Source: a virus (Duplodnaviria; Caudoviricetes). From it: DNA of 64,000 bases. Where the stretch lies: positions 22,634-86,633 of the IMG/VR virus record IMGVR_UViG_3300005805_000063; one strand, given 5' to 3'. The stretch's first letter is position 1; each line of letters starts with the position of its first letter. Position numbers and translations under genes: made by a program. This document shows, piece by piece, positions 1-9,640 of this stretch. The notes under the pieces are model-generated. The model did not search any database, was not told where the DNA came from, and saw only the letters and a list, made by a program, of their open reading frames with translations.

Positions 1-3000
1 TTAGCTCCACCAAGTTCACGAAATGTAAAATAACGTGGTATTTCTATTCTTTCTATATCAGCTTTCTTAGCTTCTACTTCCGCATACTGAGAGTATAGTT
101 GTTGAGCTTGTTGTTTATTTTTTAACTGCACTTCAAAGTAAGAACCTTTATCAATAGCGTAACCTTTGTCTAATAAAGATTTCCAAACTTTATTTGCAGA
201 TTTATTAATATCTGCTTTGCCAAAAGCTTCTGATTTTAAGGTTTTACCTTCTTTAGCTAATTGTTCTGCTAAAGCAATATATACTTTTGTTCCATACCCT
301 TTACCTTGAAATTCCTTTTCAAGTTCTACACCAGCCATACCTATAGAAGATGATATATAACCATTTTTATCTACAGATATTACACCTGCATATTTCCCAT
401 TTATTTTAATAGGATACGATGTTGCCTCAAAATTATCAGGATTAAATCTTGGTTCATCTAATTGTATTTCAGAAGTATTAGGCGCGGCTTCTTCTGTAGA
501 TATCTCTTCAACTTCATAAACATCCATCAAAGAAGGATGGATTACAAAATGACCACCTTGTAACCCAAAGGCAACCGCTGAGTTACGGATGTTAGTTGCA
601 ATTGTTTGAGTATACTTTGGAGCAATTGTCCTGTCATTAATTGACAGACGATTTACTGAAGCAGCATCGGTTCGATAATTAGACCCATCAGTTGAGAGTA
701 AATCCTCTCTCATGATTTCGCTAAAATATTTTACCCTTTCAGCAACTTTCATTTTACTAAGTTCCTGAATATATGACTTTGTCATATCAGACAAAGTATC
801 ATAGAACTTCTTCAGAACCGGAGAGTTGACCCAGTTAATTGCTATGGCGTTGACTAATTGGGTCAGTACATTTACCTCCATTCCTTGAGACGGGTCTTTG
901 GCACCATCTTGCTGGATACCCTTCATTGTAATATCAATGGTGGATACCTTAGGATTTGGGTCTGAAAGTTTGTTTACTCCTCGCTGACCAGTCTTTTCAG
1001 AAGATTGAAAAATAGCTTCATCAACAATATAGTCTTGAAAACCATTCTCAACCATTATGTCCATTGCCTTTTCAAAAATACCTTCTTGCTTTGTTGCATT
1101 TGAAAAATTAGGATTCATTCCTAATGCAATGATAAGCTGATAAGCATTTGACACAGATTCGCCATTGACCTGAATGACTTCGGGGAAAGTCATAGCAGAG
1201 GTCATCTGAACAAATTTTTCTATTACAAATTCGTTTCCGTTTTCAAGAATATACGGAGTGATTTCAAATTCGGCATTCTTAACAAATGATTTTGTTCCTG
1301 ATTCAAAATCATTTGAATGAGTGATGTTCTTCATAACAGGACCTACAAAAGGACCTGCGTCAAGTGCACTTGAGTAATTCTGTTTTATTCTGGTAAATGG
1401 TGTTACCAGTGTAGCACCATCCATCCATTTTTGAGATACAATTTGACCGTTTGAAAACTTAAGTACATTATTAATAGGGTCTTCAAAACGCATTACATTT
1501 GCAACCCTTGAAAGCTTTTTACCTTCATACATCAATGAGTATGGAAGAGGCTTTCCAGGATTTTGTTGCCTGAACAATGCAACGTCAGCTGCCCAATTTT
1601 TATTCCTCAGTATAAAATACGACTCGGGAGAAATCAAAGACTTAGAGCGTTTTACCATGTCGATAAAAGCTTTCTGTCCTGACTCCTTATACTGGTATTT
1701 TGGACCATTCATTAAATGCTGAAACTCTCCACTAAAGAGTAGCCAGTTGGCGTAGAAGGTTTTAATAAACTCTTCCGGAGTAGCCTTACTAGAAGTTATA
1801 GCTATTTGGTTGTAAAGAGTTACGCCACCACCTCTTTGATTCTTTGAATATTCAACAACTTTCTGTGCATCTGCAAGAATACGGTCTATAAAAGCCTGTT
1901 TATTTGCAGGATTCATGTACATATTAATGTCATCAATCAATTCTTGTTTGATTGACAAAGGTCCTTTTACAGACTTCTCATTGTAATGCACACCGGATAC
2001 CATATTAGGGTACGATATCAAGGTGTTGATTTGGTCTTCAGTAAGTTTTGAAAGTATAGAATTAAGTTCTCCAATGCTTTTTGCAGAAATTCCAACTTCG
2101 CGATAGTCATTCAAAATTTTGAATTCCAAACCAGCATAATACTTGGTTCTGCTATCAAACAAATCTCCAAGTGTTTTTTCTGCTGGCTGCAGGAAATTAT
2201 TTGAATAGAAAATTGGAGATATCTCCTGACTTGCATCTGCATAAACTGTAATCGGGAAAGTAGCTTCGTTTCTTCCGTTTTCAATCTGAGTTACATACCC
2301 CTCAATCAAATAGAGGTCAAGAAGTTCAGGAACAGTTAGCTGACTTACCGACTTAGTAAATTCAAATCCGTTTTTATTAATTTTAAATCCAAGATGTGTA
2401 AACGGAGGCTTTGAAGAAATTCCATAGGAGGAGTTTCCATCCACCAAAAGATTTGTCTGAAGTAGTGGACTTTTCTGAGCACTTGAAACAACATGTTTCA
2501 AATGGAAAATAGGAGCACTATCTCGAAGACCGTACTGACGTTTTCCAGTCCCATCTTTAAATGAGAAGTCATTTCCTAATCCTTTTGCAGAAACAAACTG
2601 CTCAATTATTTTATCCATTACCAATCCAAGGGACGGCAAAGAGGCCTGCTTTTTATTGTAGTTCTTTACAGAAGCAAAGAAGTAATCCTGAATCTGACCA
2701 AGAATTGTAGGGTCTACTGCAATGGCATCTTGAAGCATTTCAGATGTAAATCCTTCAAATCCCATGCCCTTGAGCATGCGTAAAGCATTCTCGGGAGTTA
2801 CATTTTTTTCAACTGTATAGAGTTGACCATTGAGATTTACATCACCGTTAGAAACTGAAATTCTTCCTGTGCTAAGGATTCTTGCGAACTTGTCCAGGAA
2901 TTGAGTTTTGATGTACTGAGGATTAAATCCACCAATTGGAAGCTTAGCCGTTCTTTGCTCACTAGATGTATTCTCGTCATAATAAACGTTAACATCTACA

Positions 3001-6000
3001 AATCCAGGTGAATAAACTTGACCTTTGGTAAGAAAGCTGAGTATTGCGTTGGTTAAATTCTGACCAGCAGGCGTCTCTACTCCACGAGTAGAGTAAGTAA
3101 GGTTATTGGTTTGTGACCCTGTAACAGATGAGGGTTCTGGGGATTTTGAGAAGAATCGCTTATAGATGGCCTTTGCCTCTGGCAATGAGGAGTTGCTTAA
3201 AACTTCTGCAATTTCATCCAATGTTCTAATGGCCTGTCCGTCTGAATTTGTGTTATTCTTAATCAGCTTAAGGACATTGGATATATTCTTAGAGGTGATG
3301 TAATTTCCATTTGCAAGTCTGGTATTGTACAGATAAGTTTTTACAATGGAGTTCATGCCATCTCCAAGGAGATTCTCCATTTCTTTTTCTGCAAAAGAAC
3401 CGGATTTTGACAGGTCATTTCCGTAGTAATACTCGTCTTTTGAACTATTATATTTTATAGAAGGAAAGTACTGTGCCAGTAATCCATTGAAATTGCTTCC
3501 CAAAGCATACTGAATTCGAGACTCAGTATTTGTCTTTTGGGACATGAGATTGCCATTTGACAAATAAATCTTTTTCAGATTTGTCATTGCCTCGTTTGCA
3601 TCAAGGATTCTGGGAGTTCCGCCTTCAGGAACTGTCAGAACAAGATGGCTTGCAACAACATCCTTCTTGAATTTATCAATTGCTTTTCTTGCAAGGTTAG
3701 GTTGATTTGGAAATTCCCTCCTTCTGAATTCAACAATTGAAATCGGATTTACTGAGATGGCCGGTCCTTGTACAGATTCTTGTACACTTTGTTGTACAGT
3801 TTGTTGTACAGTTTTACCAACTGGTTGAACCGGAGCAGCTTCCTTATTTTGAGTAGATATCTCAGAAAGAACTGCCTCAATTGGAATCTGTATCTTAGGA
3901 AGATCCAATTTAAAGTAGTTTGCAGAAATAACCCTATTGAGGAAATTTTCCTGATATGGTACAGATTGAGCATAAAGATTTTGCTCAAATCCTGAACTAC
4001 CTTTTGACAAAACCGGACTAAACCGAAGACCTCTTGAGAAGGCTTTATTCTCCATCATAGCCATTAAGAGTTTCCTCTTAGGCTCTGAGTTCATATTTAA
4101 AAGTTTCTTTGCGTCCTTCTCAAGAGAGATTTTAACATAATCATCTAGCAAATACTCAACTGGATATCCGCCCTCAACTCTTATCTTTTTACCATTGGCA
4201 AGAATTACTTCATGCGCTTTTCTTTCGACATCCATCTTCTTCAAGAACATGTCTACTTGAGGGTCTTTTTTAGACAGCTCTTGTTTTACATTATTGAAAA
4301 TCTCTTCGTAAAGACGTTTGCCCTTTGACCTAGGTGATTGCCAAAATGAATTGTAGAGATTTTTAAATTCAGCACTTGTTGCTTCGTAGTAGCCTTTCTG
4401 ATTTCTACTATAAAACGGAGAAAGTAATTCAACAATTTGGTCCAAGCTCAATGACTCACGATTTAGAGTCATTGTTTTGATGTCGTCTCCTAAAACATCA
4501 AATTCATTGTTATACATCTGCCTGGCCGAGTGTTTATAACTCAGTGCAACAAATGGCTCTCCTTTCAGTACGGATACTTTTCCTTTTGAATTAATTATGT
4601 CAGCCGTTGCTATTAAAATAGGACTTACAGCAATTCCTTTTGACTTTGCCTCTGATAAGATATTTGAGTATGTCTTTTTATCAACGGCTTCAGATTGCTT
4701 ATTTCCATCCGGAGATACATTTTTTGAAGAAGATTCATTTTCAATAAAAGGGTGAAAGAACTGACCCGCCCGTAATATATTATTTGAAACCGGATATGTT
4801 GCTACAATATCCTTTGTTTCACCTTGCGTAATAATATTAAGATTTCGCAAGGTTGTTTCAACCTTCTCACCTCCGGCACGATATATTACACCAAGCACAG
4901 CCCGCTTGTTATCCGGAGTAACTGCTTCAAGAAAGATTGCGTACTTTCCATTGAATTTGGAGGAATCAATTCTTGCATCTGCAACATATCCCGGAGAACC
5001 TATTTTGGCAATTGTAACCTGATAGTTTGAGTTATCGCGGACGCTTGGATTAAACAGAATTGATTTCTTTATTTCCAACTCACCCTGAACATCATAGAAT
5101 GTATTTAACAATACCCTGTTTTCGGTATTGGTCATTGCATTCATTATCCTGCGGTAATCAGCCATCTCCAAATCATCCTGACTTACAGGGCTAGGAGCAG
5201 AAGTTTCAGTTGTTGTTGGTGTCTGAACAACTGGAGGAACGGCCTGAGAAGGAGTTTTGATTGTCTCCGCAGGATTAAAAGAAGAATCAATTGTTTGGCC
5301 TTGAAGGATGCTGTCAATTTCACCAAGCATGGTCTGCTGTGAAATTTCAGGAGGTGTCATTGGCTTAAATTCCTTAACTACCCCCTCAACAGAGCTTACA
5401 GGCATTGAAGGAGATGCGTAAACAATCACACCTTTCTTTGCCCGTGTAACGGCTGTATATACTTCTTTCTGACGGATACTTGAGCCAAATATTTCACCAT
5501 CAGAAGTATCAACAACCACATAATCCCATTCATCACCTTGAGATTGTACGCTATCAAGTACATTCAGTGAAAGTGCACTTGCAGAAGATACAGCTGTATT
5601 TTCAGGATTAGCATTGATGTAAACCATTGAAGAGAGATTCTTTTCACTCTTCAGTTTTGTTGCCAAGTCAACTACTAATTTTTCAAGTTCTTCTTTATTG
5701 CTTACAAAGCGGACTCCGTTAAAATCCTTATCGTAATTCAGAGCAATATTTGAAGGAAGAGCATTGGAAAACTGGGAATTCCTTAAAGCATTTTCAAGAG
5801 CTTTTAAAGGATTGTTTACAGACCTGAATGAGAATGTCAGCCTCGGAGTTGATGGTACAGAAATTACAGGACTTGTAATTGAGTAAGTAGTTTTGCTGTT
5901 TTTCTCCCTAAATCCATTTTGTGCTTCATCATAAGTATAAATTAAATGAACTGGATTATTTGGACGGGATTGATTTACTCTTAAAAGCTCAGTGTTGATT

Positions 6001-9000
6001 TTATTCAATTCACTTGCACTCAGCAAAGCGGCTTCATCAAATATGATTGCAGATACATTTTTAACCTCATTGGATTTCAAGATATCAATAAGGCTTGAAT
6101 CAGAATGCTGAATAAAATCAGGCTTTCCTTTAAAGAACTTTTCTACATCACTACGAACCTTCTGTATTTTCTTTCCTGAAGGGTCTTTATAAGCAGTTAC
6201 AATGACATTTCCACCTGTCATTTTATTTATCATAGCTGCGATAAAAGGAATTTCCGTAACCGTTTTACCTGTTCCGGGGCCTCCGTTTACTGCAGAAGTA
6301 TAACTTAAATGAAACAGTTCTCTGCTAGAATTTTTTACCCTGAAGTCATAATTACCAGCCATTGCATTTCGCAATGCCAATTCTGCAACAAGCTGATGTT
6401 CCCTGGTAGGGGTTTTGACATCGGGTTTAAGTTCAGCAATTACCTCGCGTGCTGCCTGAACAAACTTTGTTGGGTCGTTTGAAAGAACAGCACGAGCGTA
6501 ATCATAGGTATTCTTTGCCAAAATACCTTCATCGGATAACAATTCCGGGTCACCTCCCTTAAATGTCTTTTGAAGTTTCTGCAGTACTTCGGTTCTCTGA
6601 CTTCTAACAAAGTCAAACATCTTTTTATCAACCTGAAGTGACTCTCGACGATAGCTGATATAATCTTGCTTATCAAGAGCTTCCTGCATTTCTACTTCAT
6701 GCTCAGAGAAGATTTCGCCTATTTTTGGAATATCAGTCTCAAGAAGCTTTACAAAATTCTGTAAAACATTAAACTGCTTCTCAAGTGACTTTATATAAAC
6801 CTGAAGAATCCTTGCATCGGTATTCTTTTCATTTTCATCAGAAAGAGCTTTGAGTTGTGCAAACTGGCCTTTCAGAGTGGCCAATGTCAACAGTGCATTC
6901 TTAGTATCATATACTTCTGCGCTGATAATTTCATTGTAACCTTTCTTATTCTTAAGAGCGTAGTTACCTAATACTTGGGAAATCCTGTCGTCAATTACCT
7001 GTATAATACGGTCAGGCTCAGGGCTTACAAACATTTTAGAAAGCCTGTCAGACTCTTCTTTAGGAGTTCCGGTTAATTGACCAGCAGCTCTGGCAAGCTC
7101 TTCCAATTTAGATTCTAAAGGAACGGTTGATTTACCATTCTCAAAATCATAATATAAATGAGAGTCACCCTCAATATCAGGAGCTGTTTTATAAGTTTTC
7201 TTTTGAGAAACTTTATTTACTAATTCCTCGGCTGCAAACAAAGGAGCAACTTTTGCATACCACTCCTCATTCTTATAAGGTTCAACTGCTCTTTTTAATA
7301 CTTCCTGTGAGAATCGGAAACTAAATTCCGGATTTGACGTATGTACAAGAGAAGCATCAAAATCTTCATCATCTGCAAAGATTTCATTAATGATGTTATC
7401 AACTCCTGAGTTTTTATAATTTTCTACTTCCTGATTTCTGCGGGCATTTGCCTCATCCAAAAGACGCTGTTTGGCATCTGGAGTTATGTCAAGCTCATTA
7501 AAGTTGTCCAAATTTGCTTTGGCTGAGTTTTGAATAAGCTCTTGATTTCGCTTTGAAACCTCAGATTTCAACCTGTCACGATTGTTCCTTGAATCAGTAT
7601 TCATCAAGGTGAATAACTTACCATTAAAATGGTCGTTATTTCGTAATCCAAATTCAGTCAGACCTTCAATTCCCAAATCTGAGGAGTCAATAACTGTTGA
7701 TTTCAGATGTGGATTACTCTCGACATTATAGAGACCTTCAGTAATATATCTTGAAACCTGAGACCCGGAATTAAATTCAGAAATCTCAGCTTTTTTAGCC
7801 TCGACTTGTTTGGTGAGATTTTCAATCAGCTGTTTGTCATCTGCTTTTTCTGCATTTTCAAGCTGATTGGTAAGAGTTGCTAGTTCATTTTGCAGGATGA
7901 TTTTATCCCTGCCAATTGAACTGGATTTTAATATATCCGCAAAAATGCCTGCTTTCTTCTCATTGTTTTTAATAGCATCCGTAATACCCGCCCTGTCACG
8001 GATAGTGGACATTGTGTTTAGAATCTCTCTGAGAGCAGTTGCATTTCTTGTGTTCTCGTCTCCCGTTTTTCCATCTTTTGACAAACGACCTGCTTTTTCC
8101 CAATCGTTAATCATTTTATGTACAAAACCTTCGTCATTAAAAGCAACAGCTGCTTCAAATGAATCAACTAATTCCCTATCATAGTTTGATAACTTTTTAA
8201 GAATGGGGTGTGCAATAGCACCGCCAAATGCACCTCCAGCACCTGACTGAAGAATTGCTTCAACTTCCCTTCCCAAATCCCACTGAAAGCGACCCTGTAG
8301 AGGTAGCAGCTCCGCCATTACATTATGCAGACCTCTGATACCAGTATCTACAGTTTGTTCTCCCATTTCCTCAATACCTTCAAGGAATGAGGTTTTAACA
8401 TAAGGCTTTGATGAAAGAGATATCAAAGCACTTTCAAACGTTCTGCCTACTCGATTTTGAAAAGATTTTAATGCAGATTCGGTGAATCCTTTCTTTGCAA
8501 TTGTAACTCCATAGTCTTGAGCAAGTTTTGGAGCTATTATCTTTTCAAGCTCAAGAGGCCTGATTCCGCGAACAATCATGTCGCTTAATCCTGACAACTT
8601 ATATATTGCAGCTGCATTTGCACCATATAGAATTGCAGTTTCAACAGGACTGAGATTATTTTCCCGTGAAATTTGAGCCATGGGGCCTGCTGCCATTCCA
8701 GTCATGTAAATTCGACCGGCTGCTGATGCAGTTTTTGCAGAGCCAGAAAGTGCTCCTGCAACTTTTCCAACTGCACCCATGCTAAACAACTGCATGACAG
8801 AATCAAGACCAAGTTCTGCCAAGTGTACAGGACTAAAGAAGTTTTCTTTGGTTCTATCACTAGAGGGAAGGAGATTTTGTTTCAGTTGATTTTGTATGCC
8901 AGAAACATCTGCTCCAAAAACCCTTGGAAACTCAAGCAATGAGCTGCTTGTACTATTTATAAAATTTGGAACAGATTTAACTACTGTATAAAATCCCTCA

Positions 9001-9632
9001 GACAGATAACTGGGATTTAAACCATAAATGCCCATGTTATGGGCAAAAGAATCATAGCTTTCATCAAAGCTTCTGAACTCCTCATCGGCCTTAATTGGTT
9101 CCCAATAAGTACGATTGTGAGAGTCTCTTTTATAATTACCAAATTCATCCTTGGCAAGCTTAATATCTCCCTTATACTGGGCTACAGGTATATATTCATC
9201 TCCTATTTTTACACCTGTTTTAATTGCTTGCTCCCGCTCACTAAATTTCTTGGGAGAATAGTAATCTCCAAAGTTATTTCTTCCAAAAGGGTCTTCTATC
9301 TGAGTTTTTGTTGAAAAACCAATAAGAGGTTTACGAGACCACTTATCTGTTGCAACATCTATATTGAAGTCAAGTTCGTAATCGGACTTTTTTGTCTGAT
9401 TGTAAACTTCTTTTTGCTTAGAGTAAAAATCAATAAAAGAGTTCTTATCATTCTTAAAATGCTCCTGAACAACAGGAGTTTTCCAGTATGTATCGAGATT
9501 CTCATCAAAGTTGAAATCAGACGCCTTTACCCCAGCAGCCATCAGCTGAGATGGAGTTTTCAGTTGTCCCGAGATGGCAGATGCAATCCAGTCTGGTTTC
9601 GGAGCTTGAGGAATTTGATTTTCATCTCCCAT
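1..9632 (-). CDS. Giant virion cargo protein (>3210 aa, runs off the left edge): N-terminal Gly/Ala-rich region, SF1 helicase, crAss-type virion RNA polymerase region, GNAT insertion
   Basis: Not in the ORF track because its stop lies outside the window. Manual reading from ATG at 9632 (MGDENQIPQAPKPDW...) finds no in-frame stop down to position 3. Motifs are listed in the three domain features. It follows muzzle and cargo genes, as crAss-like vRNAP genes do. Confidence 0.9.
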   Translation of the reverse strand, partial: MGDENQIPQAPKPDWIASAISGQLKTPSQLMAAGVKASDFNFDENLDTYWKTPVVQEHFKNDKNSFIDFYSKQKEVYNQTKKSDYELDFNIDVATDKWSRKPLIGFSTKTQIEDPFGRNNFGDYYSPKKFSEREQAIKTGVKIGDEYIPVAQYKGDIKLAKDEFGNYKRDSHNRTYWEPIKADEEFRSFDESYDSFAHNMGIYGLNPSYLSEGFYTVVKSVPNFINSTSSSLLEFPRVFGADVSGIQNQLKQNLLPSSDRTKENFFSPVHLAELGLDSVMQLFSMGAVGKVAGALSGSAKTASAAGRIYMTGMAAGPMAQISRENNLSPVETAILYGANAAAIYKLSGLSDMIVRGIRPLELEKIIAPKLAQDYGVTIAKKGFTESALKSFQNRVGRTFESALISLSSKPYVKTSFLEGIEEMGEQTVDTGIRGLHNVMAELLPLQGRFQWDLGREVEAILQSGAGGAFGGAIAHPILKKLSNYDRELVDSFEAAVAFNDEGFVHKMINDWEKAGRLSKDGKTGDENTRNATALREILNTMSTIRDRAGITDAIKNNEKKAGIFADILKSSSIGRDKIILQNELATLTNQLENAEKADDKQLIENLTKQVEAKKAEISEFNSGSQVSRYITEGLYNVESNPHLKSTVIDSSDLGIEGLTEFGLRNNDHFNGKLFTLMNTDSRNNRDRLKSEVSKRNQELIQNSAKANLDNFNELDITPDAKQRLLDEANARRNQEVENYKNSGVDNIINEIFADDEDFDASLVHTSNPEFSFRFSQEVLKRAVEPYKNEEWYAKVAPLFAAEELVNKVSQKKTYKTAPDIEGDSHLYYDFENGKSTVPLESKLEELARAAGQLTGTPKEESDRLSKMFVSPEPDRIIQVIDDRISQVLGNYALKNKKGYNEIISAEVYDTKNALLTLATLKGQFAQLKALSDENEKNTDARILQVYIKSLEKQFNVLQNFVKLLETDIPKIGEIFSEHEVEMQEALDKQDYISYRRESLQVDKKMFDFVRSQRTEVLQKLQKTFKGGDPELLSDEGILAKNTYDYARAVLSNDPTKFVQAAREVIAELKPDVKTPTREHQLVAELALRNAMAGNYDFRVKNSSRELFHLSYTSAVNGGPGTGKTVTEIPFIAAMINKMTGGNVIVTAYKDPSGKKIQKVRSDVEKFFKGKPDFIQHSDSSLIDILKSNEVKNVSAIIFDEAALLSASELNKINTELLRVNQSRPNNPVHLIYTYDEAQNGFREKNSKTTYSITSPVISVPSTPRLTFSFRSVNNPLKALENALRNSQFSNALPSNIALNYDKDFNGVRFVSNKEELEKLVVDLATKLKSEKNLSSMVYINANPENTAVSSASALSLNVLDSVQSQGDEWDYVVVDTSDGEIFGSSIRQKEVYTAVTRAKKGVIVYASPSMPVSSVEGVVKEFKPMTPPEISQQTMLGEIDSILQGQTIDSSFNPAETIKTPSQAVPPVVQTPTTTETSAPSPVSQDDLEMADYRRIMNAMTNTENRVLLNTFYDVQGELEIKKSILFNPSVRDNSNYQVTIAKIGSPGYVADARIDSSKFNGKYAIFLEAVTPDNKRAVLGVIYRAGGEKVETTLRNLNIITQGETKDIVATYPVSNNILRAGQFFHPFIENESSSKNVSPDGNKQSEAVDKKTYSNILSEAKSKGIAVSPILIATADIINSKGKVSVLKGEPFVALSYKHSARQMYNNEFDVLGDDIKTMTLNRESLSLDQIVELLSPFYSRNQKGYYEATSAEFKNLYNSFWQSPRSKGKRLYEEIFNNVKQELSKKDPQVDMFLKKMDVERKAHEVILANGKKIRVEGGYPVEYLLDDYVKISLEKDAKKLLNMNSEPKRKLLMAMMENKAFSRGLRFSPVLSKGSSGFEQNLYAQSVPYQENFLNRVISANYFKLDLPKIQIPIEAVLSEISTQNKEAAPVQPVGKTVQQTVQQSVQESVQGPAISVNPISIVEFRRREFPNQPNLARKAIDKFKKDVVASHLVLTVPEGGTPRILDANEAMTNLKKIYLSNGNLMSQKTNTESRIQYALGSNFNGLLAQYFPSIKYNSSKDEYYYGNDLSKSGSFAEKEMENLLGDGMNSIVKTYLYNTRLANGNYITSKNISNVLKLIKNNTNSDGQAIRTLDEIAEVLSNSSLPEAKAIYKRFFSKSPEPSSVTGSQTNNLTYSTRGVETPAGQNLTNAILSFLTKGQVYSPGFVDVNVYYDENTSSEQRTAKLPIGGFNPQYIKTQFLDKFARILSTGRISVSNGDVNLNGQLYTVEKNVTPENALRMLKGMGFEGFTSEMLQDAIAVDPTILGQIQDYFFASVKNYNKKQASLPSLGLVMDKIIEQFVSAKGLGNDFSFKDGTGKRQYGLRDSAPIFHLKHVVSSAQKSPLLQTNLLVDGNSSYGISSKPPFTHLGFKINKNGFEFTKSVSQLTVPELLDLYLIEGYVTQIENGRNEATFPITVYADASQEISPIFYSNNFLQPAEKTLGDLFDSRTKYYAGLEFKILNDYREVGISAKSIGELNSILSKLTEDQINTLISYPNMVSGVHYNEKSVKGPLSIKQELIDDINMYMNPANKQAFIDRILADAQKVVEYSKNQRGGGVTLYNQIAITSSKATPEEFIKTFYANWLLFSGEFQHLMNGPKYQYKESGQKAFIDMVKRSKSLISPESYFILRNKNWAADVALFRQQNPGKPLPYSLMYEGKKLSRVANVMRFEDPINNVLKFSNGQIVSQKWMDGATLVTPFTRIKQNYSSALDAGPFVGPVMKNITHSNDFESGTKSFVKNAEFEITPYILENGNEFVIEKFVQMTSAMTFPEVIQVNGESVSNAYQLIIALGMNPNFSNATKQEGIFEKAMDIMVENGFQDYIVDEAIFQSSEKTGQRGVNKLSDPNPKVSTIDITMKGIQQDGAKDPSQGMEVNVLTQLVNAIAINWVNSPVLKKFYDTLSDMTKSYIQELSKMKVAERVKYFSEIMREDLLSTDGSNYRTDAASVNRLSINDRTIAPKYTQTIATNIRNSAVAFGLQGGHFVIHPSLMDVYEVEEISTEEAAPNTSEIQLDEPRFNPDNFEATSYPIKINGKYAGVISVDKNGYISSSIGMAGVELEKEFQGKGYGTKVYIALAEQLAKEGKTLKSEAFGKADINKSANKVWKSLLDKGYAIDKGSYFEVQLKNKQQAQQLYSQYAEVEAKKADIERIEIPRYFTFRELGGA
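130..420 (-). other. GNAT acetyltransferase-like domain inserted in the giant ORF
   Basis: GVELEKEFQGKGYGTKVYIAL carries the acetyl-CoA-binding motif A (QGKGYG, 291-308), followed by SANKVWKSL, typical of GNAT C-terminal helices. Confidence 0.75.
500..2600 (-). other. crAss-type virion RNA polymerase, beta-like portion, inside the giant ORF
   Basis: Ordered segments PITVYADAS, DMVKRSKSLISP, WMDGATLVTP, KNAEFEIT, VDEAIFQSSEKTG, GIQQD, FGLQGGHFV resemble blocks I recall from crAss/phi14:2-type RNAPs. The DxDxD catalytic motif is not in the window and is expected further left. Confidence 0.7.
5410..6400 (-). other. Superfamily 1 (RecD/UvrD-like) helicase domain inside the giant ORF
   Basis: Walker A GGPGTGKT (6261-6284), Walker B IIFDEA, motif III-like TYDEAQ, motif IV-like RLTFSFRS, motif V SQGDEWDYVVV, motif VI YTAVTRAK, in the correct order. 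Confidence 0.9.
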
Positions 9633-9640
9633 GTTATGCT

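Noticed and set aside
3770-3820. 12-nt repeat encoding TVQQTVQQSVQESVQ, and the short ORFs called over it
   Set aside because: Ordinary low-complexity linker inside the giant ORF; the 75-79 aa ORFs are artefacts.
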